A stretch of DNA of 62,039 nucleotides, filler included, from Choristocarpus tenellus KU-1152 (lineage: Eukaryota; Protista; Phaeophyceae), in assembly GCA_964200185.2 (NCBI GenBank). It is 12 parts of 12 records of this genome, joined end to end, with 100 filler letters (N's around TTAATTAATTAA, not from the genome) between each part and the next. Parts side by side here need not be neighbours in the genome. Positions count along the whole stretch, not along the records: positions 39,541 to 49,720 come from CAXNAD020003098.1; positions 49,821 to 54,974 come from CAXNAD020011686.1; 10 more parts are not named here. The stretch is one strand, 5' to 3'. The notes below the pieces were generated by a model, which had not been told where the DNA came from, did not search any database, and worked only from the letters and a program-made list of their open reading frames with translations. Positions 39,684 to 52,826 of the stretch are shown here, piece after piece (within the stretch, counting starts at the first letter, position 1; each line of letters starts with the position of its first letter). A program made the position numbers and the translations under genes.

Positions 39684-42600
39684 CATCTCCAGCTGCATGG
39701 CTGAACTCTTTTCAATGTCGCCTTCGCAGATGACAAACTGCTCAACCTTCTCAAACTGGTGTACACGGAAGATTCCCCATGTGTCCTTGCCGTGAGCGCC
39801 CGCCTCCTTTCGGAAGCATGTGGAAACGCCTCCATATCTTCATGCCAGAAAAATAAGTGGAAAAGAGCCAGTCCACAGGGTGGGTCATATGTACCGTGAC
39901 AAACAGCATCGTCACAATCACAATCACAAGAGACAAGCAGTGCAAACAGCACAGAAAATTGATTGCCGAGCAGGGTCCCTCATATACCACAACATTTTCA
40001 TACATATCTCCAAGAGATTCCCTCTTAGGGTGCATTCCCCTGTCTCTTATCTGCAATTTAGAATGTATTGGTATTTCATAGTGGGCAAGGGGGGCTTCAA
40101 AATCAGTCTCTATGCTACTTCAAGCAGTACCACACCAAAGGGTTAACCCTCATTGAGCACTCACTACAACCAGGCAAAATAATTAACTCAAAGACATCAG
40201 AGCACCTATGAAAGTGCCTACACCAATACAACTCCAGACCTAACACCCAACACCTTTCCTAATAAAACCCAAACTGCATTGCATGGGTGGGTATGCTCAA
40301 CAGCCTCATCCCCCCCACCCCCCTGACCACCAAAAACTATTCAATTTCAAGTTCACAAAAAGCGTCTCACCTCAAGGGCAGTTCAGTCTCAGTGAGCCAC
40401 TCCCCCTGGTGGAAAGCACACATAGGCTGTTCTGAAGTGGCAATGAGGTATTTCTCGTCTATACCCTCCCCAGTCACCTGCAACAATGACAAAATCAACA
40501 CAGCAACAACCAATCGCACCGTTGCTGTTTGTTATTTCTATTACTTCTTTTTTTTAATACTGCATGTCTGTTGTTATACCGTTATTGCCTTATGTCATAC
40601 ACCGTTATACCGATTGAGGTCGTGTTCTGAAAACTTCGGTTCAACTCCGTAGAAGATACTTGGAGTGACAAATTTCCATGTCTTCCCATGACATCTCTTT
40701 ATATATGACCACGTTTTCTCAAGGCGGATCTCCTATCTCTGAAAGATTTCTATTCCTACTATATATTGTTACTATGTCATTACATTGTACTGAATTAACT
40801 GGAGGGTTAGGACCAGGACTAGCAGAACAAGGCAAAACAATATTCAGGTCTGTTATTTTACACCAATAAAACTAAGACCCACTTGCCTCCAAACACTTAC
40901 TTTATTTAATACCTGAACTGAATACCATTATCACAAGCAGACTAGTTGAAAAAACAAATGCATGCATAAAAAGGGATAGAAGACAACAGTTTTATAAATT
41001 ATCTAAGGACATTTAAACTATTTTTCACAGTGTCAGCAGCCTTCAATGCAAAAAAATGGCAGGACCATTATTGACTGGCAAATGATGCAGAAAAGTGGAT
41101 TCTCAGCCATCCCAAGCACATGCAACGCCTGAACCAAAAAAATGATATACGGAATATCCTTGCCTTGTACAGCTCCTCGTCAAACTGCTCCAGTTGTGCA
41201 ACTCCAGCCATGACATCCTTGGACATGAAAAATGGGGGCTGTAGAACAGAATAATTTCTGCAACAGAAAAAAAGCACCAAAAAATCAGATTCAGAGGCAT
41301 CATCAACACCCAACGTTTTAGAAACTACTTAAACCATCACTATACCTGTAGTTAGCCTAACCCTAAACTTGTTTTTTTTAAGGTTACCTAACCGATCCCC
41401 CCCCCCCCCCCCCCCCCCCCCCCCTTTGTCTTTTGCACCTCTTCTTTAGGAACGCAACGGAGTAGCTGATGAGGGCCTGGTTAAGCAAGAGACCAGCATC
41501 ACGTAAGAAGTATGCCCTGTGTCCTGCAACCTTCACCCCCCTCTCTGGTTCATAACCACCAATCCTGTGCAAAACCTTCCCCCAACCAGCAACCACCCCA
41601 TGGCAAAGTGTCCCAGTGAACACACACGAGCAGCTGGTGAGGTAAGGCTACAAATTGTTCAAAGTGAATTCCTATCAATGCCCCTCCCCAGTGCAACTGG
41701 TCTACCATGGCCAGTAAAGGACTACATTTCCACTTGTTAGTAGGATGGGTTGTGTTGAATGAGATGAAGACAGGTTTGTAAAAATAAAAATCGAGGGTGG
41801 TCTCGATAAAGCAAATGGTCACTAGAGACATCACAATGGGACACTTCATTGATAAAATCCTCCCATCTAATACCCAGATGGTAAAATCACCCCTTCCCCC
41901 TCGCCCTCGCACAAAAGTTCAACCCCCTTCACAGTACGACTACACACTTGAGGTGGAACCTGCTGTGTGAAAAACAAAAAACAAGTAGAAAAAAGACATC
42001 AACTTGACCACATTAGAGAACTGAAACCAAATTGGTACACTGAGGAGGAAAGGGACTAAAACCATCGTGTGCAACACCCTCTCACACTCTACTGTTTTAT
42101 CACCTCATGATGGTGCATACAGTTCTCTCCTGCTGTGGGGGTAGGCCCAAACACGCTGACAATCTCATTGTCCTTTTCCTCGTCGTTGGAGGTGGGTACA
42201 TCCTTACCCACAATATTGCCAATCTTAGGAAGCAACTTCTGCACCTCCTTCTCCAGCTCCTCTGTTCCCGTTGTAGAACCGAATCGAATCAAAGATTCAT
42301 CCACGCACCCGGAGACCCCATCCCATTGATTCAAATATCCATTCCAAGGAAAATTAACAAAACAAGCGACAAGTGTGCAATGCATTAGGTGTTAACCAGG
42401 AGGCATTGTTAGTCAGGTCCCAACCGTCTTGCCATACAGTAATTGCACCACATACAGTACATATCATTCATAGATGAGGAACCTTACCAGGTACAAGCTT
42501 GGAAGCAAGCAAGGCATCAAGACAACTGACTACAATGTGAGTCAGCACCACGGCTTGAACTATGAGTACTAGAGAGGATTTGAGTGAGGAATGATGGGAG

Positions 42601-44096
42601 GGACAATCATGCCCATGGGCAACCCACTTGGGATTGAGAGTAGTGCATTGTCCGGCAATCAACCTCCCCAGGACCCCAAAACAGAAAGTATGTTGTGTTG
42701 TGAACATCCAGCACAGTCATTGCCTGGAGTCTTGCTTGATAGATAGAACGTATACATCACAACAAAATTATGCCTTATTCGGCCGTCAAACTCTTTCCAC
42801 ATGTGGAAAGGTGGACTGAAACAGAGGTACGAATGGCTTGAAGAAGACATCTGGTGCTTGTACTCCGGATATAGAGAGAATGGGTACCAGGGAATTGCTG
42901 TGCTCATATTGTTAAGATGGACCCAAGCAGTCTCATTTTCACAGCACATATTCAACACACAATTGTTCAATAGAACACCACAGTCGCCCAGTTAGGAAGG
43001 CAGTAGACACAGGGCAGGTTGGGGGTGAGGGGAAGGGATTCATTAAATATATGCTTTGGTTGACTCTCGAGAAAACACACAACTCAAAATGTCAACAAGC
43101 CATATATTATCACCTCATCCGATACAGGAATTTAACGACCGAACATGCTGAGCTTATTCATCACAAGGGCACTGCTATTTCACACCACTCCCTCAACATG
43201 AGCACATGTTATCCACAAAATATGCAAATGCTGGGGAAGACAGGAGGACAAAAGAATATGTCTGGCGGAACCCATGACGCCCTCTTACCCAGTTTAACCT
43301 CCGTCTCCTTGATTTTCACCCCAATATCCTTGATTTTCATAACATTCTCGGGGTCATCCCCGCCTGCCTTCTTGGCCTTGGTCACCTCCTTCTGTAGACG
43401 ATTGCGCTCCTTGTTCAGGAAGTCAATGCTGGAGCGGCATTCTCGCCAAGAAGAGTCCTTCGCAATCACCTGCGGTCGCACAAACGAAAGCAGGTGGTTG
43501 GTGTCAGCAATATCTTGCGACCAGCTCTTTCGTTCTCATACTATCCTGGCGTTGCCGTGACCAAATGAAATGCAACGAGAGACTTCCACATATCCTGGCA
43601 GCTATGACCCCACAGGCTGCGCTACCAGGTGGTTCGAGCGGTTCTATCCTTCGATGCCCCCTGCTCCAGTAAAGGAACTCGACTTGAGATCCTATCATGA
43701 CTTCAATAACTGCACTACCCACAGAACCCTATCGAGAGTTACTTCCAGATCGAAAGAATATTGTAGTGTAAACAGGAGGTGAAGCACTCACGCAATAACG
43801 GTCGCACCATATCTCCACCACCCCAGCATGTTTGTTTCACAATAGTTTCAGAGGTAGAGAGACCAACCCCTTGCTCTGGGTGCGCCATCATAACACGATT
43901 TACTAGTTGCTCGACCTGCGCCTATCGAACAGGCCACGTTCCTCCCTATAACGCAACACTCATCAAGCGAGCAGAAGCGACATTGACTTACCTCGTCTAC
44001 GAGTTCCACAGAGGCAAAACGCCGCCGCTGGGACTCACGGATAACTTCAGGATCGCCCCCCCGGTCTGTTCGAAAAAGGTTGATGTCCAGAGGCAT
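39684..44096 (-). CDS. SARS: Cytosolic seryl-tRNA synthetase; exons 44096-43992, 43469-43289, 42261-42104, 41575-41439, 41257-41164, 40477-40371, 39837-39684; 3' truncated by contig end
   Basis: [42 protein letters not shown], and class II motif 2 [30 protein letters not shown]; all junctions keep frame. Confidence 0.96.
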
Positions 44097-44423
44097 TTTT
44101 CTCAAGGTCTCTAGATCAGGAAAACGCAAAGGGTTGACTTAGTATGGTTCACAATAGGTTTAGGATGCCCTTTCCCAAGATGCGATCACGAATTCAGCAA
44201 CTGCAACAGGACTGGGTATTTGAACCAAGATAAAGAAGCCGGTTGCTCCCTCTGTCCTTGCGACGGACGGATGAATTGCTTGACCAGAAGGACCATTTCC
44301 AGCATCAACAACCTTGGCTAGACCCCACATCCCGCGCGCTCTCGCGCATGAAAATTTGGAACTCAGTCATGACAAAGACAACCATCAACTCAACCACGGT
44401 TATCATCAGAAAATCTACCAAAT
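44097..44423. promoter_or_regulatory. Probable bidirectional promoter and 5' UTR region
   Basis: 327 bp between the divergent ATGs of SerRS (44096, -) and the Tim13-like gene (44424, +). Confidence 0.6.
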
Positions 44424-46191
44424 ATGGCAAGACAATACTCACCAGAAGAGGAGCAGGCTGTGATACAAAGGGTGGGTGTTGGGGAGTGTGAATTCCACTC
44501 GTTTGATGCTCTTGGTATTTTGTGGGGGATGGAATTGTGCAAGAAAATCGAAGACTACCGGGTTCCTCTCCAACGAACGAGAGGGGCCTTGCTCCACGAT
44601 GGTTTGTTGGCGATATAGAAGGCTTGCCCTGCGACTGGCTAATGGTTAATGACATTGTTTTTTCGATTCATGGATGGGAAGATTTGAAAACAGTGGACAA
44701 AACTCGGTCTCTTTTACACAGAAGTAGAATGGATTCCTCAAAAGCTAACCCAAGAAAATCTACCCATTGGCCCTCGGTAATATTGGTTCTGCAGCTGCAA
44801 CAAGAGCTTCAGGCTCAGGCAATGCAAGAAATGGTGCAGAAGATGACTGAGCAATGTTTCAATAAGTGTGCAAAGCCCAACCGAGGAGACCGCCTGGACT
44901 CTTCCGAGCAGTCGTGTTTGGCCATGTGCATGGACAGGTATGCCATATCTCCAGAGCCATGCAGCTGATGTGTTAGTGCTAGCAACTGCAGTTCCCACAA
45001 TATTTGTGCAAGTATCAAAGAAGATACGAAGACGATTCCCCTCCGGAGTGTTGGAAGTGGCACAAGAGTAAAGGTGAACATCCACGTAGATCACTGGTGG
45101 TCAAGAGAAAGGCGCTGGAAAGAGTTGCTTCCATGTGCCACAATGAATCTTGTGTACCTGTCAATATCTACAGAGAACCGTGTAGAGTCCCGCGCCATGG
45201 AAGGGACATCAATTCATTGTCTATCTGCGACCAGCTACACGAAGACCCTCTTCTCCTATGTCTTGGAAGTAAACCTATGTCTGGCAATGGAAGTGTACTC
45301 AATGATTGAAATAGATTTTTGTGTTCCAGGCCTATATTGATCGCAGGAGACCTTTTAGAGAGTTGCCACTGCATTAGGTTGTGACATGGTTTGTGATCTT
45401 CAGCACCACGTCGCTTTTCCTGTTTAGACAGTTGTCCATGTGAGTTAGTTCCATGTAGAGGGAAGGATCTATTGAACTGACAAAATTTTGGGTTAAACAT
45501 ATTTGTCCATCCCTGAGGTAGGTTACTCACTGCCTGTGCAGTTAATCGAAATGCTGCGATGGAGAAATGTGGATATCTACAGGCTGATACTGTCTTGTTC
45601 CTAAATGCAGGAAGATTCCAACAAAACTACACTAGCAAGTTGCATGGAGGTTCTGCTCGGGATTGCTTGATATTTGAATAAAAGTTCATGCTGATAAAGT
45701 ATCCTAGGAGAGTGCAGCCCTGTGCTATCTTCACACTTTTTTGTACTATTCTTGCTCTTCAACAGACCATATAACTCCCACTTGCTGCTCCTTGTTCACT
45801 ATGCGGTAGCATATGAGGAACCTCTCAGTCAATCTTCCTACTGTGAGGACCAACACGAATAACAATTGACACTCCTACTGTGCACTATGCCACATATCAG
45901 GCCAATTCATTTGAAGGAAACACTCGTCCAGTTCATTTATTTGCCCAACTATTCCACTCATCTTGTAAATTCTGTCAAATGTGCCTATGAGAACATGTTT
46001 AGCTCTTCTATTTTTACCTTTCAGTTGTGCTCAGTAGCCCAGGTTATGGCTATGTACTGACACTAGAATCTGTTCTTCCTGTGCTCTCACCTTCCGTGTT
46101 TCATTCGTAATGGAATGTGTATTGGGACAGATACAGTGACACCATGAGTGTAGTGAATAAGGCGATGGTGGACAGGTCACATCGGCGGTGA
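44424..46191 (+). CDS. TIM13: Mitochondrial intermembrane small Tim chaperone (Tim13-like); exons 44424-44471, 44795-44937, 46131-46191
   Basis: MARQYSPEEEQAVIQR|LQQELQAQAMQEMVQKMTEQCFNKCAKPNRGDRLDSSEQSCLAMCMDR|YSDTMSVVNKAMVDRSHRR*; twin CX3C motif. Confidence 0.88.
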
Positions 46192-49100
46192 AGGGTTCTA
46201 CCTGTTACTGGGACTGTTGAAGATCTGAAAGTTTAGCAAAGCCATGGAGAGGTTGCACGACCCATGCAATAGTAGTGGGGACTGTGGAGCACCCCCGGAG
46301 TACAACTGATGTAGCTAGCACACATTAATGTTCTGTCTGCGGTCCGTTGTACACATCCTACTCTTCCAATTAACAACAGTTGGACAGCAATATGGACACA
46401 CACAGCACATGAAAAAGATGCCGTGTTTGTGCTCTATTTTGGCTCTGCTCAAGCACGAAAGAAAGCCCACCCTCATGAGGCTGTTTTTTTGATACACAGG
46501 AGGAGATGTGTGGGGGCAACTGTGCAGGTAGGGGGTGCTGTTTCATCACCTAAACAGCGGTTCTTTGTACTTGGAACAAACAAGGCGAAAGACAATGTGA
46601 ACACAGTAGTGATGGAAATGCTTGGAAGTCAAAGTTGTATCTCTTCGCCCTGTATCCTGTACACATGTCATCCACTTCTGACCTCTCTAGCAGAGGTATT
46701 GCCAGAGACCAAGCCTGCAGGATGTTGTGGACCGCCCCTGCTGGCCAGCTGTTTGTCACGTGGGGCAGATTTGGGTTTGCCAATCATTAGTGGATGTGAT
46801 GGAGTCCTGGGTTTTGGAGGGTAGTGGTAACATTACTAGTACCAGTGTGGTCTGAGACCTCAAGCCTATTTCGAAGTACATTTTTCACTCCCTTTCCTCG
46901 ATTTAAATGTAACAAGATGGATTTATGTACAGTATGAGGAGCACTAGGCAAGGGAGGGCACAATCAAATTTCAAAGTGAATGGTTCTCCGATTTGCCCCA
47001 AAAGTGGTCCTTCCAAGATTTGAAATGCTCTACTATGTTTCGTAAAATACTACTCAGGCGTAAAGCTATCACTAGAAGTAAAGTGGGGTGTACTTGTAAC
47101 GGTTGTCACACACACCCTTCCCTTCTACATCTAATCCAACTACTTTGACAAACAATAGGGAGGGGATGATAGGTCCAGATTATCATTTTATTTTGATAGT
47201 GCCTTATAGGGCCCCGGTGTGTGATTCCTTCAAGAGCTCAGCAACACTTACTTTAGTCACTTTGAAGGTCAACGCTGCACCCAAAGCTCGCAGTTCCAAA
47301 TTTACGTTTTAGATAGGACATTACTTTTTGCTTAGGTAGGAACAGAACCACCCTGTCAAAGCTCCCTTTCTATCCCTTTTCTCATGATGCTGCTGCAGTA
47401 TCATGCCTGCTAGCTTGAGCTTCTCCTGCTTTCCCTGCAATGCAGGCCCCCCTTGCGCCTTTTCTGCTGTGGCTGATATCTGTTTGACCTTCTCACCTTA
47501 CCGGGCAGACACCCCCAATTCCTTTCCTCTCAGTGGTACTGGAAAAATGGGACTAATAGCTGATGGAGCTTCTCATTTTCTTTCCCCCCTTGTTAACGAC
47601 CTGCGTTATCCTATCTGGGTCATTGAAAGTCGGTACGAGCCCATTAAGACTGTTGCAAGTGAGACAAAGGAGTAGAGTACTCCACAGGACCATCCCTCAA
47701 TGCAATCGTTGCAGCCTGTTCTGAGTGCATATATTTCTGCAAAAGGATGAAGTGCTTTGACAAATTCTAAAGAAATTATTGTGATGTGGAATGCAGGGAC
47801 CAACCACGCAAGTGGATGAGATTCCTCCAATCAATTCGTGCAAGACCTAAAAGCTCGAGCACACTTCCGTACGAAGTGTTAGCTTGTATGTTGAAGGTGT
47901 CGTTTTCCTAATACCTGCATAATAATGACTTAATTCCTTATTGGGGGTTGGACATGTTGTAGATAAAGGGAGGAGAGAGGAAAAGTGAGCCTTCACGCCC
48001 AAGGAAGGGGGGGGGGGTCCCTGTCACCAAATCAATCATTTTCTGTGGATTGCTAGTCACTAATCACAGATTACTCGCCACAATGTTTCCTATTCCTGAA
48101 CCCTTCCATATTCTAGTTCATTGTCCCATACTTTTCTCACATTCTTACAAACTTGTTATCTTCCATCATTTGATTACTTCTTTCAGAAGCTACTTTTTCA
48201 CAGAGACAAAGTAAAGGAGAGGTACCCAGTTTTGGGGCATTTTGCATTATAAGTCAGTTTTCAGTATTTTACAATTCACCCATATTTCTATGGGTGAGGT
48301 GCTAACTTTGACTTGAAAAGGTCAATATCTCTACTGTTTGAAATATTTGGTCAAATTTGGAAAATGGTCGAGTTTTGGACATATTTGCCGATATCCTTGA
48401 AATAAAACTCTGGTACATCTCGCTTACTTCGACTCACAAGAAAAGGACATTTTCCACAAAGAAAAATGGAAAAAATCGGCAAAATAGAGATGGTAAAAAG
48501 GAATAGTTGAATGTATATACGATGATATCCATTCTGCAGCAAGCGCCAAAGTCCATTTGCTCCATAACGCCCATGGCCTAGCAAAAGGTTGTGCCCACTT
48601 GTTCCTTGCTCATGTACGTAAGCATGATATACGTGCACAACCCCAAGCAAGACAGAGATGAGAGTACGTGGAGCATTGGTTTTAATCCAGAAATACCTTG
48701 CAGTGGCAAGACACCAGAAGAGACAACTTGTTCTGCTGATATGGTGGGTTGCCCTCTGTGTCTTGTCATCTCAAGAAAAAGAAGAAAAAATATCAGGAGA
48801 GTAGTAAGCAGTAAGTTTGCTCCACTACGAAATGCTGCTGGCAGAACTTGAAAACCCTTCTACTCTTTAGTGAGATGAGGTTGGAGATGCAAAACTCAGC
48901 TTTGATAGTGGACAGACCTTGGTACATTGCGAACATACAGCTATTTTACAACATTTCTCTGATCTATTATTTTCAGGAGTGCAATGCCTGCAAGTAGTGA
49001 GTTACACTCTTCACGTAATAAGTTAGACACTGATTGTGCCACAATAAATCCACACTAAGAAGAAAGTGCAGTCCAGTGACGACTTGCCAGGTCCATATTC

Positions 49101-49680
49101 AGCATTTTGGAGCTCAGCATACAACCTCACTGGGACGTGGTTTCCGTACCGGTGATGGGGAGACACTACCTGAAGAAAGAGATCATTTGAGCATGCTACT
49201 GGTTGTTGCATTGTGGTGTGTCCTTCAGGTACAGGTCTGGATCAGAGGTAGATAACGCTCACTTCTTTCCTGGATGGTCGAGTACAGATTTAACCGCCAC
49301 CTCTTTGGCCTCTGAATCCCCCATTGTCAACTCGGAGATCGGGACACAACTGGTTACAATGCTTGGGCATAGGTTTACTGGATAGTGACTTGGCCCTTCC
49401 TTACGCAAACAACATTTTCCAGGCACTCAGGATGGAGAACCCAAATTGTTGCCACTCACCTCCCTCAATAGGTCTATTCTGTGTGTTCTCTTGATACCTT
49501 CACACTCCTGATATACAAGACCAGATGGTGCAAACTTCTGTTTGCAATGTGGATGGGTGGGGGATTGGTATGTATACCTGAGAATGTTGGAGAAGGTGAA
49601 CAACACCTCATGGTTACACTCTTCTATGTCCGTAGTTTGAGGTTTGAAAAGTTGTAAGAGTGTCTCTAGTTCTCGCCAAT

Positions 49681-49720
49681 GGCTCAAAGTATCTGGGAGG
49701 GGGTGGCGGCTGTCCATTTG
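49681..49720. mobile_element. MITE terminal fragment, family C (contig end)
   Basis: GGCTCAAAGTATCTGGGAGGGGGTGGCGGCTGTCCATTTG. Confidence 0.8.
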
Positions 49721-50683
49721 NNNNNNNNNNNNNNNNNNNNNNNNNNNNNNNNNNNNNNNNNNNNTTAATTAATTAANNNNNNNNNNNNNNNNNNNNNNNN
49801 NNNNNNNNNNNNNNNNNNNNGCTGTCCTTTGTCCTTCATTAAAGCACCATAAAAGCCGCGGGTCCAGTGTGGGATAGTCCAACAGACTCCTCTCCACATT
49901 ATGGTAAAGAGTGGTAGTGTTGAAGTTGAACAAATGTTGGCATAATCCTTAAGTGTGAGGTTTGCAAGGTTGGTGTATGTACGTGTTGCGATCTCTTTCG
50001 GTCCATTTGGAGGTAGGAAGGTGAACCCGAATATTGAACCATTGCCATACTTTGGTAAGCATTGATGGTTATGAGGAAGCCACGGGTTCACCAGAGGGAC
50101 ATGTTTTCTTGTCAGTTATGTGCGAAGAGTTAGTTGGAACATAGTCGGGAAAAGTTGAAGTACGGTTTTTTGATATGGTGAATCGAATAAGGAGAAGTAG
50201 AGGGGAGCTAGGTAGGATTTGGATAATAATTAACGACCGGGAAGGAGATAATGTGTCTAACGTAGGCCTTGGCGAAGTGTTTGGAAACTTAGCCGAAAAG
50301 AACGAGAAGAGTTAGTAGTAAAATGTTATACATATTTGGCAGTCTGAACCTTGGATTGGACACACTTTATTGAAAAAGAACATCTTAAGCCTAACTCTCA
50401 AGATGAGTATTATATATGATGTACTGTCACCTCTGACTGGTCTGCATGGATCTGGCACCACTGTGCAAAGGCATAACCCATCAGATCAAAACTGCACGAA
50501 CATGGCAGTCCGAGACAGTCTAAGGTACAGTTAGCCCCGAATAAAACAAAAGTAATGAGACCCGTACTCCAAGAAAAATCTGAAATGATGAACAAGGCTC
50601 TATTTCAATTGATGGACGTAATGGAATTGGCACTCCTCACCCTTCTCTCACCAGTCTACAAGTTTGGGGTAATCCTCAGTTAG

Positions 50684-52826
50684 TCAGTGCCATAGGTTCA
50701 GTACCGTTGAATAACTCTCAATCCACAGTTCTGGCTTCACCAGGCTCAGAAATACGACTTTCTTTGCATGGAGGGCTTCGACATCCTCCAGACGCAACAT
50801 GCTCTTGGATTTACCTCCATCACCACTCAGGTTATTGAGGATTCCCTCATGTACGTAGCAGTGATCCCCTAGGACAATATTTTTGGTCGTTTTTGAGTGA
50901 GTCAACGTATCTTAGAGGGTAGAGCCGCGTCCGTATGGGGGCCAAGAACCAACGTTGCAATTTTGATGTAATTTTGGCTGTGGTGTTTGTTAGGAAGTGT
51001 CCATATCCTTGCTCTAGACACACCTTTTCATAACATACACATTTTACTTCCTATGAACCATTCCAGAGTAGGAAAATTTAATACAACAACCTGTGGGAAG
51101 CCAAGCCCCAAACGGACAAACAGGGCAAAAATCGTACCCTCTAAGATACTTTTATTTTCCGGCCTTGACTTGTCTGAACCCATGGTCATATATGACCTGT
51201 CCCAGGATCTGTGTCTCTGGACATTGTACTGCGAAGATGTTGGTTTTGTGGCTGATTGGAAACGTTTCGCCACGCACGCCTCCATAAAATCTCCCATTAA
51301 TCCCACCATGGTTGGACCGCCGGAGTGGACTGATTGCGGTCTGGCGCAGGGCGCAGGGCCATCACCACATGCGGAACGGTCCCCGTCTTCATCCTGGACC
51401 GCGTCACCTAAACCCATTCTTTTGTCTGTTGAAGCTGTTTCCATCTCTCTGCTCGTACTGGCAGAAGCGAAGATGTAAGTGAAAAGGGTTGGTTGTCCTT
51501 CATGCCCATCCTTTTCACGAGGCTTCTCCACTGGTATGACCCGTCCAACAGCTGTTGGCGACCTCTTATTCTTATTGACTAAAGTTAGAGTCTTGCCAAG
51601 TTTTGCCTTCTTCACCGAAGGCCTGTCTTTCAGAGAAGAACCGAATGATTTCCCCATGACCATAGATCCCATTGACTCAGTATGGATGGAGATCCCACTT
51701 CTCTCCCCAATCTCGTCATCCATCTCCCTTTTATCCGTTGAGTCAAGATACACGGACTTGTCCCCGCTGGTACCCACTGTATCGATGGTTGTACACCTTC
51801 CAGAATCATCCCCCCCCGGCATGGTCTCTGATTCTGCGTCTGGCACCTCCCCCATGTTTTCCTCGTCATCCTTCTTGGAAGATGACAAAACAATAGAACC
51901 AGACCGGTCTCTATTGCCAGTGGAGTCGTGTTCCAAGGTTAGGGTTGCCAAGCTGCCCTCAGAGTGTATCCCGCTCCTCCCACCTTCTGTTGGGTTGGGC
52001 GATGGCATCTCCTGTTCCTCTTCATCACCATCGGGGTTGAGTCCTCCACTATCATCATCAGGCGTCGAGACGTCACCCTCCACCGGTGCCTTGGAGAGTG
52101 GAAACTTGCAGAATGTGGAGAAGTTCTCCATCAGGAGTTGGATACGATCCGGGTCACCGGGGACAGTGCACGTAATAACAATGCCTCCTGGTTGGGTCTG
52201 CAGGTTCGCGACGGCGTTTTCATGGGCCACACGCGTTTTATCCTTGAAGTCCTCCTGTAAGTCGTGTTTGGACTTGACGTTGGTGTCTGGCGTAATCATC
52301 ATGCATGTTGCACGGCTGAGACGTCCGGCCAAAGGAGGAGGCAAAGGAGGCGGCAAAAGAGTTAGAGAGGATGTGTGTAGTATGTGGAGGAGAGGGCGAC
52401 ACGACCAGGACAGAAGAGCTTGGGAATGTGAGGGAATATGTCGATTAGTTCCGTAGCCCACATTATCGCTAGAGTGATACAAATGACGAATTGGCTGTCC
52501 AAATTTCAGGTTGGTCAAATAAGGGGTTGGTGCTGCCGAATAACCTAGTGTCATCCTTACGTTATTTGTGCTCATACAAGTATATAACATAGGTTTCATA
52601 TACGTTTATCTTTAGTTTGGTACAATACAAAGTGGGGCAGCAACTAAAGCTCCAAATATTTGCTTTTCGCCCCTCGCCCCAACTTTGATACTTTTGTTTA
52701 CGTGATATTTGTTTCTTACCTCTTATCCTTCAGCAAGACGGAAAGGCACCTTGCCGATTGCACTGCACCGCACTCTCCAAGGAGAAAACCCCAGGAATCC
52801 ATCACCAACCAACATATTACCACAGC
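50684..52826 (-). CDS. Unknown low-complexity acidic/Ser-Gly-rich protein; putative exons 52826-52720, 52315-51150 and, after the MITE, from 50910 downstream
   Basis: 523-codon stop-free frame with an antisense shadow ORF; phase-2 donor AG|GTAAGA (52720) matches acceptor CTCAG|C (52315); no family recognised. Confidence 0.5.
50899..51157. mobile_element. Complete MITE, family B (259 bp), inside a long ORF
   Basis: GAGTCAACGTATCTTAGAGGGTAG...GTACCCTCTAAGATACTTT; outer TIR bases and TSD degenerate. Confidence 0.9.

Noticed and set aside
47100-49680. Broken coding-like segments (also 13100-13850, 33270-34500, 49820-50350, 57980-58750)
   Set aside because: No recognisable motifs or consistent exon chain; probably TE relics or unassignable exons.
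51479-52456. 325-aa plus-strand ORF
   Set aside because: Ser-rich antisense shadow of the minus-strand coding frame.
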